Positions 38,901-47,507 are shown, counted from the first letter of the stretch. The stretch: 64,000 nucleotides of DNA from an uncultured Rikenellaceae bacterium (GCA_946486375.1 CAMLTW010000003.1:120668-184667), one strand, 5' to 3'. The notes: generated by a model from the sequence alone, not told the origin. Translations and numbers: made by a program.

Positions 38901-41900
38901 TACGGTGCCCTACCCGACCGGCGTGGTGCGGTTTTCGCTGGGGGGATACATTTCCGCTTCCAAGGAAGGAATGAAGGTATTCACGGCGGAAATCGAGGAT
39001 GCCTTTTCCATCTTCATCAACTACTGGACGAAATTCGCGGCGGCCCGCCGGGCTCCCGAAAATAAGGGAAAAGAGACGGACGAAATTTTGGGAGAAATCT
39101 TCGGAAGCGTCAGGGATCAGGAATTCATCGACCGGGTGATCGGGGACTATGCCTGCTCGGCCGGATACAGGAAGGATAAAGCCCCGTCGTTGCAGATCCG
39201 GGACGTGCGTTCCCTGTACCATACTTCGCCGGAACGAAGCGGCGTGACGATCACCACCATCGGCCGTTCGGCCAATTCGGTGATCGAGCTGCACGGGGAT
39301 ATCGTAGGATCGTGCCGGGACGTGTTCGAGTTCATCCGAAGCTCCGCCTTCACGAAAATCTACGAAAACCTGCTGGCGCAGGTTTACAAGAAGGTGCCCG
39401 CTTTGGCCGACCTGGATTTCAATACGGTCAGTTCCCGGTACAGCAAGGCGGTGATTCTGAAATACATCACCAACAAAAAGACGTTCCAGCCGAATCATTA
39501 CGTGCTGGACAATCCGGAAGAGAAGAACGTGATGATGGAAATCCTCATCGAGATGGAACACCTGCTGTTCTCCGACAGCAAGATGAAGATTCTCGCCATC
39601 AACGCCACGGGCAATCCGGAACTGGACAAGGCGAAACTGGAGGGGATCAATTCCATCCTGAAAAAATACATCCGGGAAATCCTGCTCCACTTCAACCTGC
39701 CTTTCGAAAAGGAAAGCCTCGAGCCGAGCCGCCGGGAGATCATCCGGACGGCCGGGGAAACCTTCGAAAACATCACGGGCATCCGGTTGAGCGAGTTGAA
39801 CCTCAATATCTGGATCGACGAATTCATCCGCAACCTGCGGGATTTGCCGCAGTTCCGGGATGTGGCCCTGTCGCAGAAGAGTATCGGGTACATCATGGAC
39901 GTGATCGCTTCCGGGTTGGAAAATGCCGAAACCGTCACGGACAAGATCCTGTACCTCTATCTGCTGAACAACGACAATTCGTTCTACAAGCTGGTTTGCA
40001 ACAAGTTGAAATATTTCAACGACCGGCTGGCGCAGTGCGAGGACGGGGAAGTGCGGATGTTCACCGAGGAATTCGTGGCGAGCACGATGCCGATGCAGTT
40101 GCAGGAGCTCAGCGACTACATCATGCGCAAGCGGGACATCAAGATCGCCGAAAGCGAAATCTATTCGGTGACGCGGAAAGTGGTGCGTTTCTACCTGAGC
40201 ATGATCAAGCGAACGCGGGGTACGGATTATTATAACCGGTACGCCCATACCCTGATCCGGATCGTGGAGACCGCTTTCCGGAAACAGAATTCGAGCGTCA
40301 ACGAAATGGTGCAGCACGGAATCTCGCTCTACAAAGGGTTCGAAATGGAAAACAAGGCGCTGGAAACCTTCGAGGATGGCCGGATTTCCTGGATCAACGA
40401 ACTGATGTCCAAGTGCGGAGTGATCTCTTCCGAGCAACCGGTACAGGAACATACCCGCATCGTGACCGATGCCAAGAAGCGGGAATATCCCTTCCACAAG
40501 ATCGACCGGATCGTCAGCCGGAAGAAGGAAATCGACGCGGCCGATCCGTTCGGAGTGGAATACATCCGGCATATCGAGAGCCGTCCCGATTCCGCGTTCT
40601 TCGCCGAACGGCTGGCGCGGTTCGTGGCGAACATGGACTCGGACGACTACCGGTGCAAGGTGGTGAAACACGGAATCGTGAAGGAGCTGGTGATTTTCCA
40701 GAAGGGGTACCTCAAGTACCTGACCGACAATTACCGGCTGAATTATACCGAATACATCAGCCTGAAGGATATCCGGAACTTCATTCCGGACGTCATCAGC
40801 CTGCTGGGGGCTCCGGAAAAGCTCATCTCCTTCCCCCAGATCGGTTACTTCGACATCAAGGGACCGGCCGGGAACATCAAGACCATCGTGACCCCCCTGA
40901 AGTCGGAAGCGGACTATTTCGGAGACGTCAAGAAACCGCGTCTGACGGTCATCAACGAAAAGGTGAAAGAGTTGGGCGGGATTCCGCGGCACGGCTCCCT
41001 GTTCCTGGTGGAAGAAAACGACGGGAGCGTCTTCGTGGTGGAAATCAACGGGGACAGCGGCGTGGGCAAGTCGGAAATGATCGCCGCCTTCATTCTGAAA
41101 TGGCTGCGGAACAACCTCGAAGGCATCCGCTCCATCAAGATGATCGCGGGAGACATGTTCCACGAGTTCCAGGATGCCGAAGGGAATCTTTACGGGATCG
41201 GGACGGAAGTGGGCGATTTCTCGCGGACGACGGACTTCGACCCGGACTATATCAAATACTACAAGTACCTGTTCGAAAGCAGCGCGGACAGCAACGTGGA
41301 CGACCTCAACTCGCGGAGCACGGTCAGCGGCATGTGCGACATCACGATGCCGTACAAGATCGACATCATGCTGAGCGCCAGTAATTATGCGAAAGAGGAA
41401 GGAGGGATCACGCGGGTGGACAATCCGGAAAACTTCCTGCTTTATATCGACGCGCACGGGGAACGGAAGGAAAAGGCGACCAGCCAGGACGGCCCGAATT
41501 TCCAGCGGACGCTCAAGCGTTACACTGCGGACAGGAACATCGTGGACGTGATCGCACGGCACGGAAATTATTTGGACGACGTGTTGGACTGGGACTATAA
41601 TCCCACGGACAAGCAATATTATCTGGCATCGTCGTTCAAACTGCTGGACAAGATCGATGTGACCGAAGCGGTGAAAATGATCTTCGTGGGCAAGCAGTTT
41701 GCCCGGGACGGATTCGACTATACGATCGAGGACGTTTCGTTCGACATGATCCAGAACCGGTTCATCGCCGATCTCTCCTACCGCAGCGGCGAAGACGGCG
41801 GGGACGGGGAAACCGTATCGCGCGATATGGTGATCGACCGGAAGATGTTCAGCGCCATTTTCGACTCGCTGGCCAGCACGCCGGGCGGTCAGCCGTTCAT

Positions 41901-42750
41901 CGCGGAAGAGGGTCAGGTAGAGTGCGTGCAGTCGCTCATCACCTGCCTGCGCGGCGGTAAGGACGGCAAGGGAAAGGCGCGGTTCATCCAGTGCGGGGTG
42001 CTTTCGACCGAAATCGGGAAAAAAGGCCGGGAAATCACCGGGCCGCAGAAAGCCGCCGCCGCTCTCAAGCAACTGATCCAGGAAGTGCGGGTCAGCAAAC
42101 CGGAAATCAACGAGGGCAAGATCAAGGTCAGGAGGCTGCTCAACGAAAAATACCGGGCTATTTTCGGCGGAAACATGAACAGTTCGGAACTGTGGCGCTA
42201 CAATTTCTACCTGTACCAGCTGGAAAACATGCGCAAGGCCGACCTGCGGCGGATGGACAACCGCAACAAGAAGGTGGATATCAGCAACCTGGTGGACTTC
42301 CATCCTTCCGACCGGAACCAGGAATTCAGCCCGCTGCTCGTCACCCCGAACCTGAACATCGAGCTGAGCAGTTTCAGCGAAACGTTCGAGGAACTGATGA
42401 GCCTGCCCAACTATCCGGATTTCGCCGAAGAGTTTGCGGCGCGGGTGGATACGCTTTATGTGGCCGAAGGGTACAGTGAGGAAACGAACATCAACAACAT
42501 GATCGTGCAGCTCCTGATGCTCGAAGGATACATCAATAGCGATGATCTGGCGCGCGGCAGCGTGATCGAGAAGGTGAACCGGGAAACGATCGCTGCGGCC
42601 AAATACGCCGTGGTGCAGTTCCTGAACGGAAAGCGGGACGCGACGGAAGAAGCGGAAGATAATGACGGGGAGACGAAACCGCAGGCCGGAAAGGACAAAA
42701 AGCCCGGCGGTTCGGTGAGCGGCAAGGGAAAGAAGGAAAGCGACAGGTAG
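35974..42750 (+). CDS. Giant (2,258 aa) cytoplasmic multidomain protein of unknown family: aminotransferase class I/II-like PLP module plus PEPCK/HPr-kinase-like P-loop module
   Basis: Uninterrupted 6,777 nt ORF with a normal globular composition.
- PLP motifs: NDPNNPTG (aa 671-678), DEAY (704-707), SLSTTK748...GER756LG and VVR986FSLGG.
- P-loop: GDSGVGKSE (1693-1701), followed by IAGDMFHEF and GIGTEVGDFSRT.
- There is no signal peptide and no TM segment.
- The C-terminal tail is K/E/G-rich. Confidence 0.9.
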   Translation: MKIAGEPKAFLSNEARQLLNLYESLGERAEIFLPRHIFDNLTSFAALCMEEPDDPAKQQAEINKYLLKFREDIPGYTHVSLMLIPHNNSKAFELSSRRGQFVRKIDSLIDTDGTTPETKKILRNIRDSHDVSVGTPPVNTYHIDFMSQLQLGGHVRDLRKYRDVIGVTGDINEAHWNYLMDTLEQMISQSTHYTTRAEINDFLNRSEWTVNFKGMNGMIRTVVSGNADKAVALLKGDVFSPSAVVVMESPAPEELYEKMTADTTSVFVVKVKHARINHYSGERWFPLLTRLVIVDDSKESRSSNTSLVFSFHNGIINTLNKVHTKKLGSPANTQLNLRLILENVNLTYLKEFREKIEMQIDTYAQELNRLLTEQTGDPADAKKRITLFKLDAFSRQVVQDKYSLEKLRDFIFFLENCHKQDTKQIQTQELIDEFETRIKNYFYSGNKYIDIVTILEGGGRHQIKTFGDYLRQKPYNNLSSQIRYACKLILDIIPSNYERTLKNHFHKNFGINLFLEKYQEYLSKVGKDADNKGRFEKFLIDLGIRDRYFALNDEDRDIVRNFLSALGNLDQTSVSDSVQMIIRDLLFNPNGRPKPYIVYNGVQAWEYKDLLPDDVFDVNPFDIEIENLPNGRLAYDRLIDKLQRIKSTLALFDDSGNLWDLFCENTTIVINDPNNPTGYTDFNSEPEHNFLRFMNTCKITLFLDEAYAESVKIEDKTMPKWRTISRYIINNINAQSKIRAVSSLSTTKNLAATGERLGAVAVTPAAAEFAAFARKCNGAEHGNNNSLLMLNNTLETAQVAKSIKDRIEAELPKNASRSKIKKALEKFIVDQIGQTAQNNEISRKDRQLHKTAGFEGSPLYLFLLDELVALDKLDVLGLPDDFKYRDEPFFLYYQTKLVENLNRFRVNKNFRSESLKRLKMAKSVAARLLETRNPEGGLEYIDSDGSYLFNFRIKGGFPYADILAFCRALAQSRGVATVPYPTGVVRFSLGGYISASKEGMKVFTAEIEDAFSIFINYWTKFAAARRAPENKGKETDEILGEIFGSVRDQEFIDRVIGDYACSAGYRKDKAPSLQIRDVRSLYHTSPERSGVTITTIGRSANSVIELHGDIVGSCRDVFEFIRSSAFTKIYENLLAQVYKKVPALADLDFNTVSSRYSKAVILKYITNKKTFQPNHYVLDNPEEKNVMMEILIEMEHLLFSDSKMKILAINATGNPELDKAKLEGINSILKKYIREILLHFNLPFEKESLEPSRREIIRTAGETFENITGIRLSELNLNIWIDEFIRNLRDLPQFRDVALSQKSIGYIMDVIASGLENAETVTDKILYLYLLNNDNSFYKLVCNKLKYFNDRLAQCEDGEVRMFTEEFVASTMPMQLQELSDYIMRKRDIKIAESEIYSVTRKVVRFYLSMIKRTRGTDYYNRYAHTLIRIVETAFRKQNSSVNEMVQHGISLYKGFEMENKALETFEDGRISWINELMSKCGVISSEQPVQEHTRIVTDAKKREYPFHKIDRIVSRKKEIDAADPFGVEYIRHIESRPDSAFFAERLARFVANMDSDDYRCKVVKHGIVKELVIFQKGYLKYLTDNYRLNYTEYISLKDIRNFIPDVISLLGAPEKLISFPQIGYFDIKGPAGNIKTIVTPLKSEADYFGDVKKPRLTVINEKVKELGGIPRHGSLFLVEENDGSVFVVEINGDSGVGKSEMIAAFILKWLRNNLEGIRSIKMIAGDMFHEFQDAEGNLYGIGTEVGDFSRTTDFDPDYIKYYKYLFESSADSNVDDLNSRSTVSGMCDITMPYKIDIMLSASNYAKEEGGITRVDNPENFLLYIDAHGERKEKATSQDGPNFQRTLKRYTADRNIVDVIARHGNYLDDVLDWDYNPTDKQYYLASSFKLLDKIDVTEAVKMIFVGKQFARDGFDYTIEDVSFDMIQNRFIADLSYRSGEDGGDGETVSRDMVIDRKMFSAIFDSLASTPGGQPFIAEEGQVECVQSLITCLRGGKDGKGKARFIQCGVLSTEIGKKGREITGPQKAAAALKQLIQEVRVSKPEINEGKIKVRRLLNEKYRAIFGGNMNSSELWRYNFYLYQLENMRKADLRRMDNRNKKVDISNLVDFHPSDRNQEFSPLLVTPNLNIELSSFSETFEELMSLPNYPDFAEEFAARVDTLYVAEGYSEETNINNMIVQLLMLEGYINSDDLARGSVIEKVNRETIAAAKYAVVQFLNGKRDATEEAEDNDGETKPQAGKDKKPGGSVSGKGKKESDR

Positions 42751-42780
42751 TTTTTCTGTCCGATACGAGTATCGGAAAAA

Positions 42781-42809
42781 AGAGGGCCGGGGGATTCGGC
42801 CCTCTTTTT
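42781..42809 (+). terminator. Intrinsic terminator of the giant gene
   Basis: AGAGGGCCG-ggggatt-CGGCCCTCT followed by TTTT, 31 nt after the stop. A smaller hairpin CCGATAC-gag-GTATCGG precedes it. Confidence 0.7.
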
Positions 42810-42866
42810 GTCGGAAGGAGGAACGAACGCCTCGGTGAGTCGGGAATGCCGTGTCGTTTCTTTTGT

Positions 42867-42874
42867 TAACTTTG
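42867..42874 (+). promoter_or_regulatory. -7 box TAACTTTG for the permease-lptFG-ribBA unit
   Basis: TAnnTTTG match 21 nt upstream of the ATG at 42895, downstream of the giant-gene terminator. Confidence 0.4.
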
Positions 42875-42894
42875 CACACCGTTAAAGCATTCGC

Positions 42895-43716
42895 ATGATT
42901 ACGTTTTTTCAGGAGATTTTCCAGTACGGGTTCCTTTCCAACGCGGCGATCGCCTGCGTGCTGTCGGGGCTTGCCTGCGGGATCATCGGAACCTATATCG
43001 TTTGCCGTCGTCTGGTGTTCCTGAGCGGGGGCATCACCCATTCGTCCTTCGGCGGTATCGGAATCGCTTATTACCTGGGGTGGAATCCGGTTTGGGGCGC
43101 ATTGGCATTCGCCGTCCTCTCGGCTATGGGGATCGAAGGGCTGAGCCGGCGCGGACGCATCCGGGAAGATTCCGCCATCGGAATTCTCTGGTCGCTGGGT
43201 ATGGCCGTCGGGATCGTTTTCGTGGCCATGACGCCCGGATACGCTCCGAACCTGATGAGCTTCCTGTTCGGAAACATCCTGACCATCAGCCGGGCCGACC
43301 TGATCGCCATGCTCGTGCTGGACGTGATTTTGTTGGGCGTCATGCTGCTGTTCTACCGCCCCGTCCTTTACATTTCCTTCGACCGGGAGTATGCCGAAAC
43401 CCAGCACTCTCCGGTTCGGTTCATCAGTTACCTGATGCTCGTGCTGGTGGCGGTGACCATCGTGCTGTCCATCCGGATGGTGGGAATCGTGCTGCTGATT
43501 TCCCTGCTGACCGTTCCGCCCGTCATCGTGAACAGCCTGACCCGATCTTATAAAAAAATCACCGTTTATTCCTGCCTCGTGACCGCTCTGGCCGCTTTTA
43601 CCGGCCTTTATGTCAGCTACCGAACCGACATTCCGTCGGGAGCCTCCACAATAATCGTGTTGACTTTTGCGCTTATTCTGGTAAAAGCCGGGGTTTATTT
43701 GTTCAAAAAACACTAA
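42895..43716 (+). CDS. Metal ABC transporter permease (ZnuB/TroC-like)
   Basis: 273 aa with about 8 TM helices and a composition typical of ABC-3 family permeases (FGGIGIAYYLG, LLISLLTVPP). Confidence 0.85.
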   Translation: MITFFQEIFQYGFLSNAAIACVLSGLACGIIGTYIVCRRLVFLSGGITHSSFGGIGIAYYLGWNPVWGALAFAVLSAMGIEGLSRRGRIREDSAIGILWSLGMAVGIVFVAMTPGYAPNLMSFLFGNILTISRADLIAMLVLDVILLGVMLLFYRPVLYISFDREYAETQHSPVRFISYLMLVLVAVTIVLSIRMVGIVLLISLLTVPPVIVNSLTRSYKKITVYSCLVTALAAFTGLYVSYRTDIPSGASTIIVLTFALILVKAGVYLFKKH

Positions 43717-43743
43717 ATTCGCACTTTCATCAGCAGGGCCGGA

Positions 43744-45198
43744 ATGAAGACCGTACACAAACTCATCCTGAAATCGTATCTGGGACCGATGTTCCTGACT
43801 TTTTTCATCGTGATGTTCGTGCTGTTGATGCAGTTCATGTGGCGTTACATCGACGAGCTGGTGGGAAAGGGATTGGACGTCCATGTCATTCTGGAGCTGA
43901 TGTTTTACGCTTCGGCCACCCTGATCCCCATGGGGCTGCCGCTGGCCACCCTCCTGGCCGCCATCATGACGATGGGGAATCTGGGAGAAAACAATGAATT
44001 GCTGGCCCTCAAGTCGGCGGGGATTTCCCTGCCCCGGATCATCCGGCCGCTGGCCATCGTGATCTTTTTCATATCCATCGCCAGCTTCTTCGTCGCCAAC
44101 AACCTGGTGCCCTATTCCACCAAAAAGATATTCGCGCTGATTTACGATATCCGGCAGCAGCGCCAGACCATCGAATTCAAGGACGGGATCTTTTTCAACG
44201 GGATCGACAACATGAGCATCCGGGTGGCGAATCAGGATCCGCGGACGCACAAACTGGAAGAAGTGCTGATTTACGATACCCGCAAGACCAACGGCGACAT
44301 GACCACCACGGTGGCCGATTCGGGATACATTTCCCTTTCCGACGACAAAAAGTTCCTGCTGGTCACCCTTTACAACGGGGAAACCTACGAGGAAACCCGC
44401 AGCGGGGACTGGTATGAAAAGAGCGGGTTGCGGCATCACATTTTCGACTTGCAGGATTGGGTGATTCCGCTGGAAGGATTCGACATGACCCGGACGGACG
44501 AGTCTATGTTCAACTCCAACAAAACCAAAAACATCGGCGAGCTGACTCAGGACATCGATTCGTTGCAGAACCTCGTGGACGACGCCGTACGCGAGTTGAA
44601 CAACCAGTTTCTGTCCAATTCCCTCTTTGTCAACAACAAGGAAATGGCGGTCGACACTCTGCCGAAAACCGACCGAAAACCGCTGGATATGAGCGATTCC
44701 ATTGCGGGACTGAACGAAGCGCGACGGGCCGAGGTGGTGAAAAATGCGCTCAACATGGCGACCGGCGCCAAATCTTATCTCAATTTCGATGAAGAGACCA
44801 CCAAACAGAACGTGAACAACCTCTATAAATACCAGATCGAATGGCACCGGATGCTTTCGCTTCCCGTCTCCATCATGATCTTTTTCCTGATCGGAGCCCC
44901 CTTGGGCGCCATCATCCGGAAAGGAGGGCTCGGAACGCCGATCGTGGTTTCGGTGGCTTTCTTCATCGTGTATTATATTATTACTATCTTTGGACAGAAA
45001 ATGGCGGGAGAAGGCACCTGGTCGGCTTTCGCGGGAATGTGGCTTTCGACCTTCATCCTCTTTCCGATAGCCGCTTTCCTGACCTACAAGGCGACCAACG
45101 ATTCGAGCCTGCTCAACGGAGACTGGTACCGTCATTTGTTCCGAAGCGTGAAAGAAAAAGTGCAGAAATTTGTTCGCGTCCATAAAAAACGTGCATAA
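43744..45198 (+). CDS. LptF/LptG family (YjgP/YjgQ) permease
   Basis: The N-terminal [23 protein letters not shown] is followed by TM helices, a large periplasmic insert and more TM helices. Confidence 0.85.
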   Translation: MKTVHKLILKSYLGPMFLTFFIVMFVLLMQFMWRYIDELVGKGLDVHVILELMFYASATLIPMGLPLATLLAAIMTMGNLGENNELLALKSAGISLPRIIRPLAIVIFFISIASFFVANNLVPYSTKKIFALIYDIRQQRQTIEFKDGIFFNGIDNMSIRVANQDPRTHKLEEVLIYDTRKTNGDMTTTVADSGYISLSDDKKFLLVTLYNGETYEETRSGDWYEKSGLRHHIFDLQDWVIPLEGFDMTRTDESMFNSNKTKNIGELTQDIDSLQNLVDDAVRELNNQFLSNSLFVNNKEMAVDTLPKTDRKPLDMSDSIAGLNEARRAEVVKNALNMATGAKSYLNFDEETTKQNVNNLYKYQIEWHRMLSLPVSIMIFFLIGAPLGAIIRKGGLGTPIVVSVAFFIVYYIITIFGQKMAGEGTWSAFAGMWLSTFILFPIAAFLTYKATNDSSLLNGDWYRHLFRSVKEKVQKFVRVHKKRA

Positions 45199-45199
45199 A

Positions 45200-46441
45200 A
45201 TGGCAGAAAAAACGACAGCAGGAAAGCTCAATACGGTAGAAGAAGCCGTGGAAGCGTTCCGCAAAGGGGAGGTGATCATCGTCGTGGACGATGAGGACCG
45301 GGAAAATGAAGGGGATTTTATCGTAGCCGCTGAAAAAATAACGCCGGAGATCGTAAACTTCATGGTGACTCACGGACGGGGGGTGATGTGCGCTCCCCTT
45401 ACAGAAGACCGTTGCCGGGAACTGGAGCTCGACATGATGGTCGGGAACAACACTTCTCTCTTGGGAACGCCGTTTACCGTATCGGTGGATCTGCTGGGGA
45501 ACGGTTGTACGACGGGGGTGTCGGCTTCCGACCGGGCGAAGACCATCCGTTCGCTGGTGGATGAAAATACCAAGCCCGCCGATCTGGGTCGTCCGGGACA
45601 CATTTTTCCCCTGCGGGCCCGGAATCGGGGCGTGCTGCGGCGTCCGGGACATACGGAGGCGGTCATCGACTTCGCCCGGCTGGCCGGGTTGAAGGAAGGC
45701 GGGGCATTGGTGGAAATACTGAACGAAGACGGGACGATGGCCCGACTGCCCCAGCTGCTGGAAATCGCGAAGAAATTCGGCCTCAAAATCGCTTCCATCG
45801 CCGATCTGATCGCCTACCGGCTGAAACACGAATCCATCGTCGAAAAGGTGGAAACGGTGAATATGCCCACCGAGTGGGGAGACTTCAAACTCGTCCTTTT
45901 CGTTCAGAAGAGCAACGGCTTCGAACATGTCGCGTTAGTGAAGGGCGAATGGGAGGAAAACGAGCCGGTGTTGGTGCGGATGCATTCCTCTTGCATCACG
46001 GGAGATATTTTCGGTTCCTGCCGGTGCGATTGCGGAAAGCAGCTGCACGAGTCGATGAGGATGATCGAGGAGGCGGGAAAGGGCGTCATCGTCTATCTGA
46101 ATCAGGAAGGCCGTGGCATCGGATTTACCAACAAGATCAAAGCCTATAAGTTGCAGGAGGAAGGCTACGACACGGCGGAAGCGAACCTGAAGCTCGGCTT
46201 CGAGGTGGACGAGCGGGATTACGGCGTGGGGGCCAGTATCCTGCGGGAAGCGGGCGTGAAGAACATCCGGCTGCTTACCAACAATCCGCAGAAGCGGGCC
46301 GCGCTGGAAGGATACGGCCTGCATATCGTGGAAAACGTGCCTATCGTCATTCCGCCGAATCCGCATAACCTGAAGTATCTGGAAACCAAGGAAACCCTGA
46401 TGGGGCACCGGCTGGGGCTGTTTTCCAAGGAAAATCGCTGA
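45200..46441 (+). CDS. ribBA: Bifunctional 3,4-dihydroxy-2-butanone-4-phosphate synthase / GTP cyclohydrolase II
   Basis: RibB motifs are [13 protein letters not shown] and RPGHTEA. RibA motifs are [18 protein letters not shown] and QEGRGIG. The start is trimmed to MAEKTT at 45200, directly after the lptF/G stop. Confidence 0.95.
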   Translation: MAEKTTAGKLNTVEEAVEAFRKGEVIIVVDDEDRENEGDFIVAAEKITPEIVNFMVTHGRGVMCAPLTEDRCRELELDMMVGNNTSLLGTPFTVSVDLLGNGCTTGVSASDRAKTIRSLVDENTKPADLGRPGHIFPLRARNRGVLRRPGHTEAVIDFARLAGLKEGGALVEILNEDGTMARLPQLLEIAKKFGLKIASIADLIAYRLKHESIVEKVETVNMPTEWGDFKLVLFVQKSNGFEHVALVKGEWEENEPVLVRMHSSCITGDIFGSCRCDCGKQLHESMRMIEEAGKGVIVYLNQEGRGIGFTNKIKAYKLQEEGYDTAEANLKLGFEVDERDYGVGASILREAGVKNIRLLTNNPQKRAALEGYGLHIVENVPIVIPPNPHNLKYLETKETLMGHRLGLFSKENR

Positions 46442-46518
46442 CAGGGCGGTGTGAAGCGATCGTTTCAGGGAGGAAGGCGTGGAACCTTCCTCTTTTCAAA
46501 AAGCCAAAGGTCGAGGAA

Positions 46519-47484
46519 ATGGAAGGAAAAAACTTGCGGATCGTTTATCTGGGAACGCCCGATTTCGCCGTGCTGCCGCTTCAAAAGCTCGTGGAGGCGG
46601 GATACGACGTGGCGGCCGTGGTGACCATGCCGGACAAACCGGCGGGCCGGGGGTTGAAATTGCAGGAAAGCGCCGTGAAGCGATATGCCGTACAAGCAGG
46701 GCTTCCGGTGCTCCAGCCGGTCAAACTCCGGGATCCGGAATTCATCGCTGCGCTGGAAGCGTTGAAACCCGACCTGGGCATTGTCATCGCTTTCCGGATG
46801 TTGCCGGAAATGGTCTGGCGTCTGCCCCGGCTGGGGACGTTCAACCTGCACGCTTCCCTCCTGCCCCAATACAGGGGAGCGGCCCCGATCAACTGGGCGT
46901 TGATGAACGGCGACCGGGTTACGGGCGTTACCACCTTCCTGCTGAACGAAGAGATCGACAAAGGGGCGGTGATCGGTCAGAAGAAGGTGGAAATTTCGGA
47001 GGAAGATACGGCCGGAACGTTGCATGACAAGCTGATGGAAGCCGGGGCGGAACTGGTGCTGCAGAGTGTGGAGCAGGTAGCGGCAGGCGGATTCGTGCCC
47101 GTCGAACAGCGGGAAATGATTACGGGCGAATTGCGTCCGGCGCCCAAGATTTTCAAGGATACGTGTCGGATCGATTGGACATCGCCGTGCGAAGTTGTCC
47201 GGAACAAGGTACGGGGGCTTTCTCCCTATCCGGCAGCGTGGAGCGAGATGGTGTCCGGGGCGGAGCGTATTCCGGTTAAAATCTATGCCGTGAATTCCAG
47301 CGTGCAGGGTATTTCGGGAGAGGTGCCCGGAACGATCCGTACGGACGGGAAGACAGCGTTGGATGTGGCCTGCGGGGACGGTACGGTGTCCGTACGGGAA
47401 CTGCAACTGGCCGGAAAAAAGCGGATGACGGTCGAGGAGTTTCTGCGGGGATTCAAACGGATCGGCGATTACCGGATGGAGTAA
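46519..47484 (+). CDS. fmt: Methionyl-tRNA formyltransferase
   Basis: LRIVYLGTPDFAV, NLHASLLPQYRGAAPI and GVTTF are Fmt motifs. Confidence 0.95.
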   Translation: MEGKNLRIVYLGTPDFAVLPLQKLVEAGYDVAAVVTMPDKPAGRGLKLQESAVKRYAVQAGLPVLQPVKLRDPEFIAALEALKPDLGIVIAFRMLPEMVWRLPRLGTFNLHASLLPQYRGAAPINWALMNGDRVTGVTTFLLNEEIDKGAVIGQKKVEISEEDTAGTLHDKLMEAGAELVLQSVEQVAAGGFVPVEQREMITGELRPAPKIFKDTCRIDWTSPCEVVRNKVRGLSPYPAAWSEMVSGAERIPVKIYAVNSSVQGISGEVPGTIRTDGKTALDVACGDGTVSVRELQLAGKKRMTVEEFLRGFKRIGDYRME

Positions 47485-47507
47485 CGCGGCCTGCCGTTAA
47501 AAGAAGG

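Noticed and set aside
37435-45363. 2,642 aa ORF on the minus strand, the longest ORF in the track, considered as a possible giant gene
   Set aside because: It is the codon-aligned reverse frame of three well-supported plus-strand genes: the giant gene with its PLP and P-loop motifs, an ABC-3 permease and LptF/G. Its translation is low-complexity (H, D, R, V, G, P, Q) with no motif, signal or domain. Equivalent shadows cover every long gene in the window. Stops in this frame need sense TTA/CTA/TCA codons, which this genome avoids.
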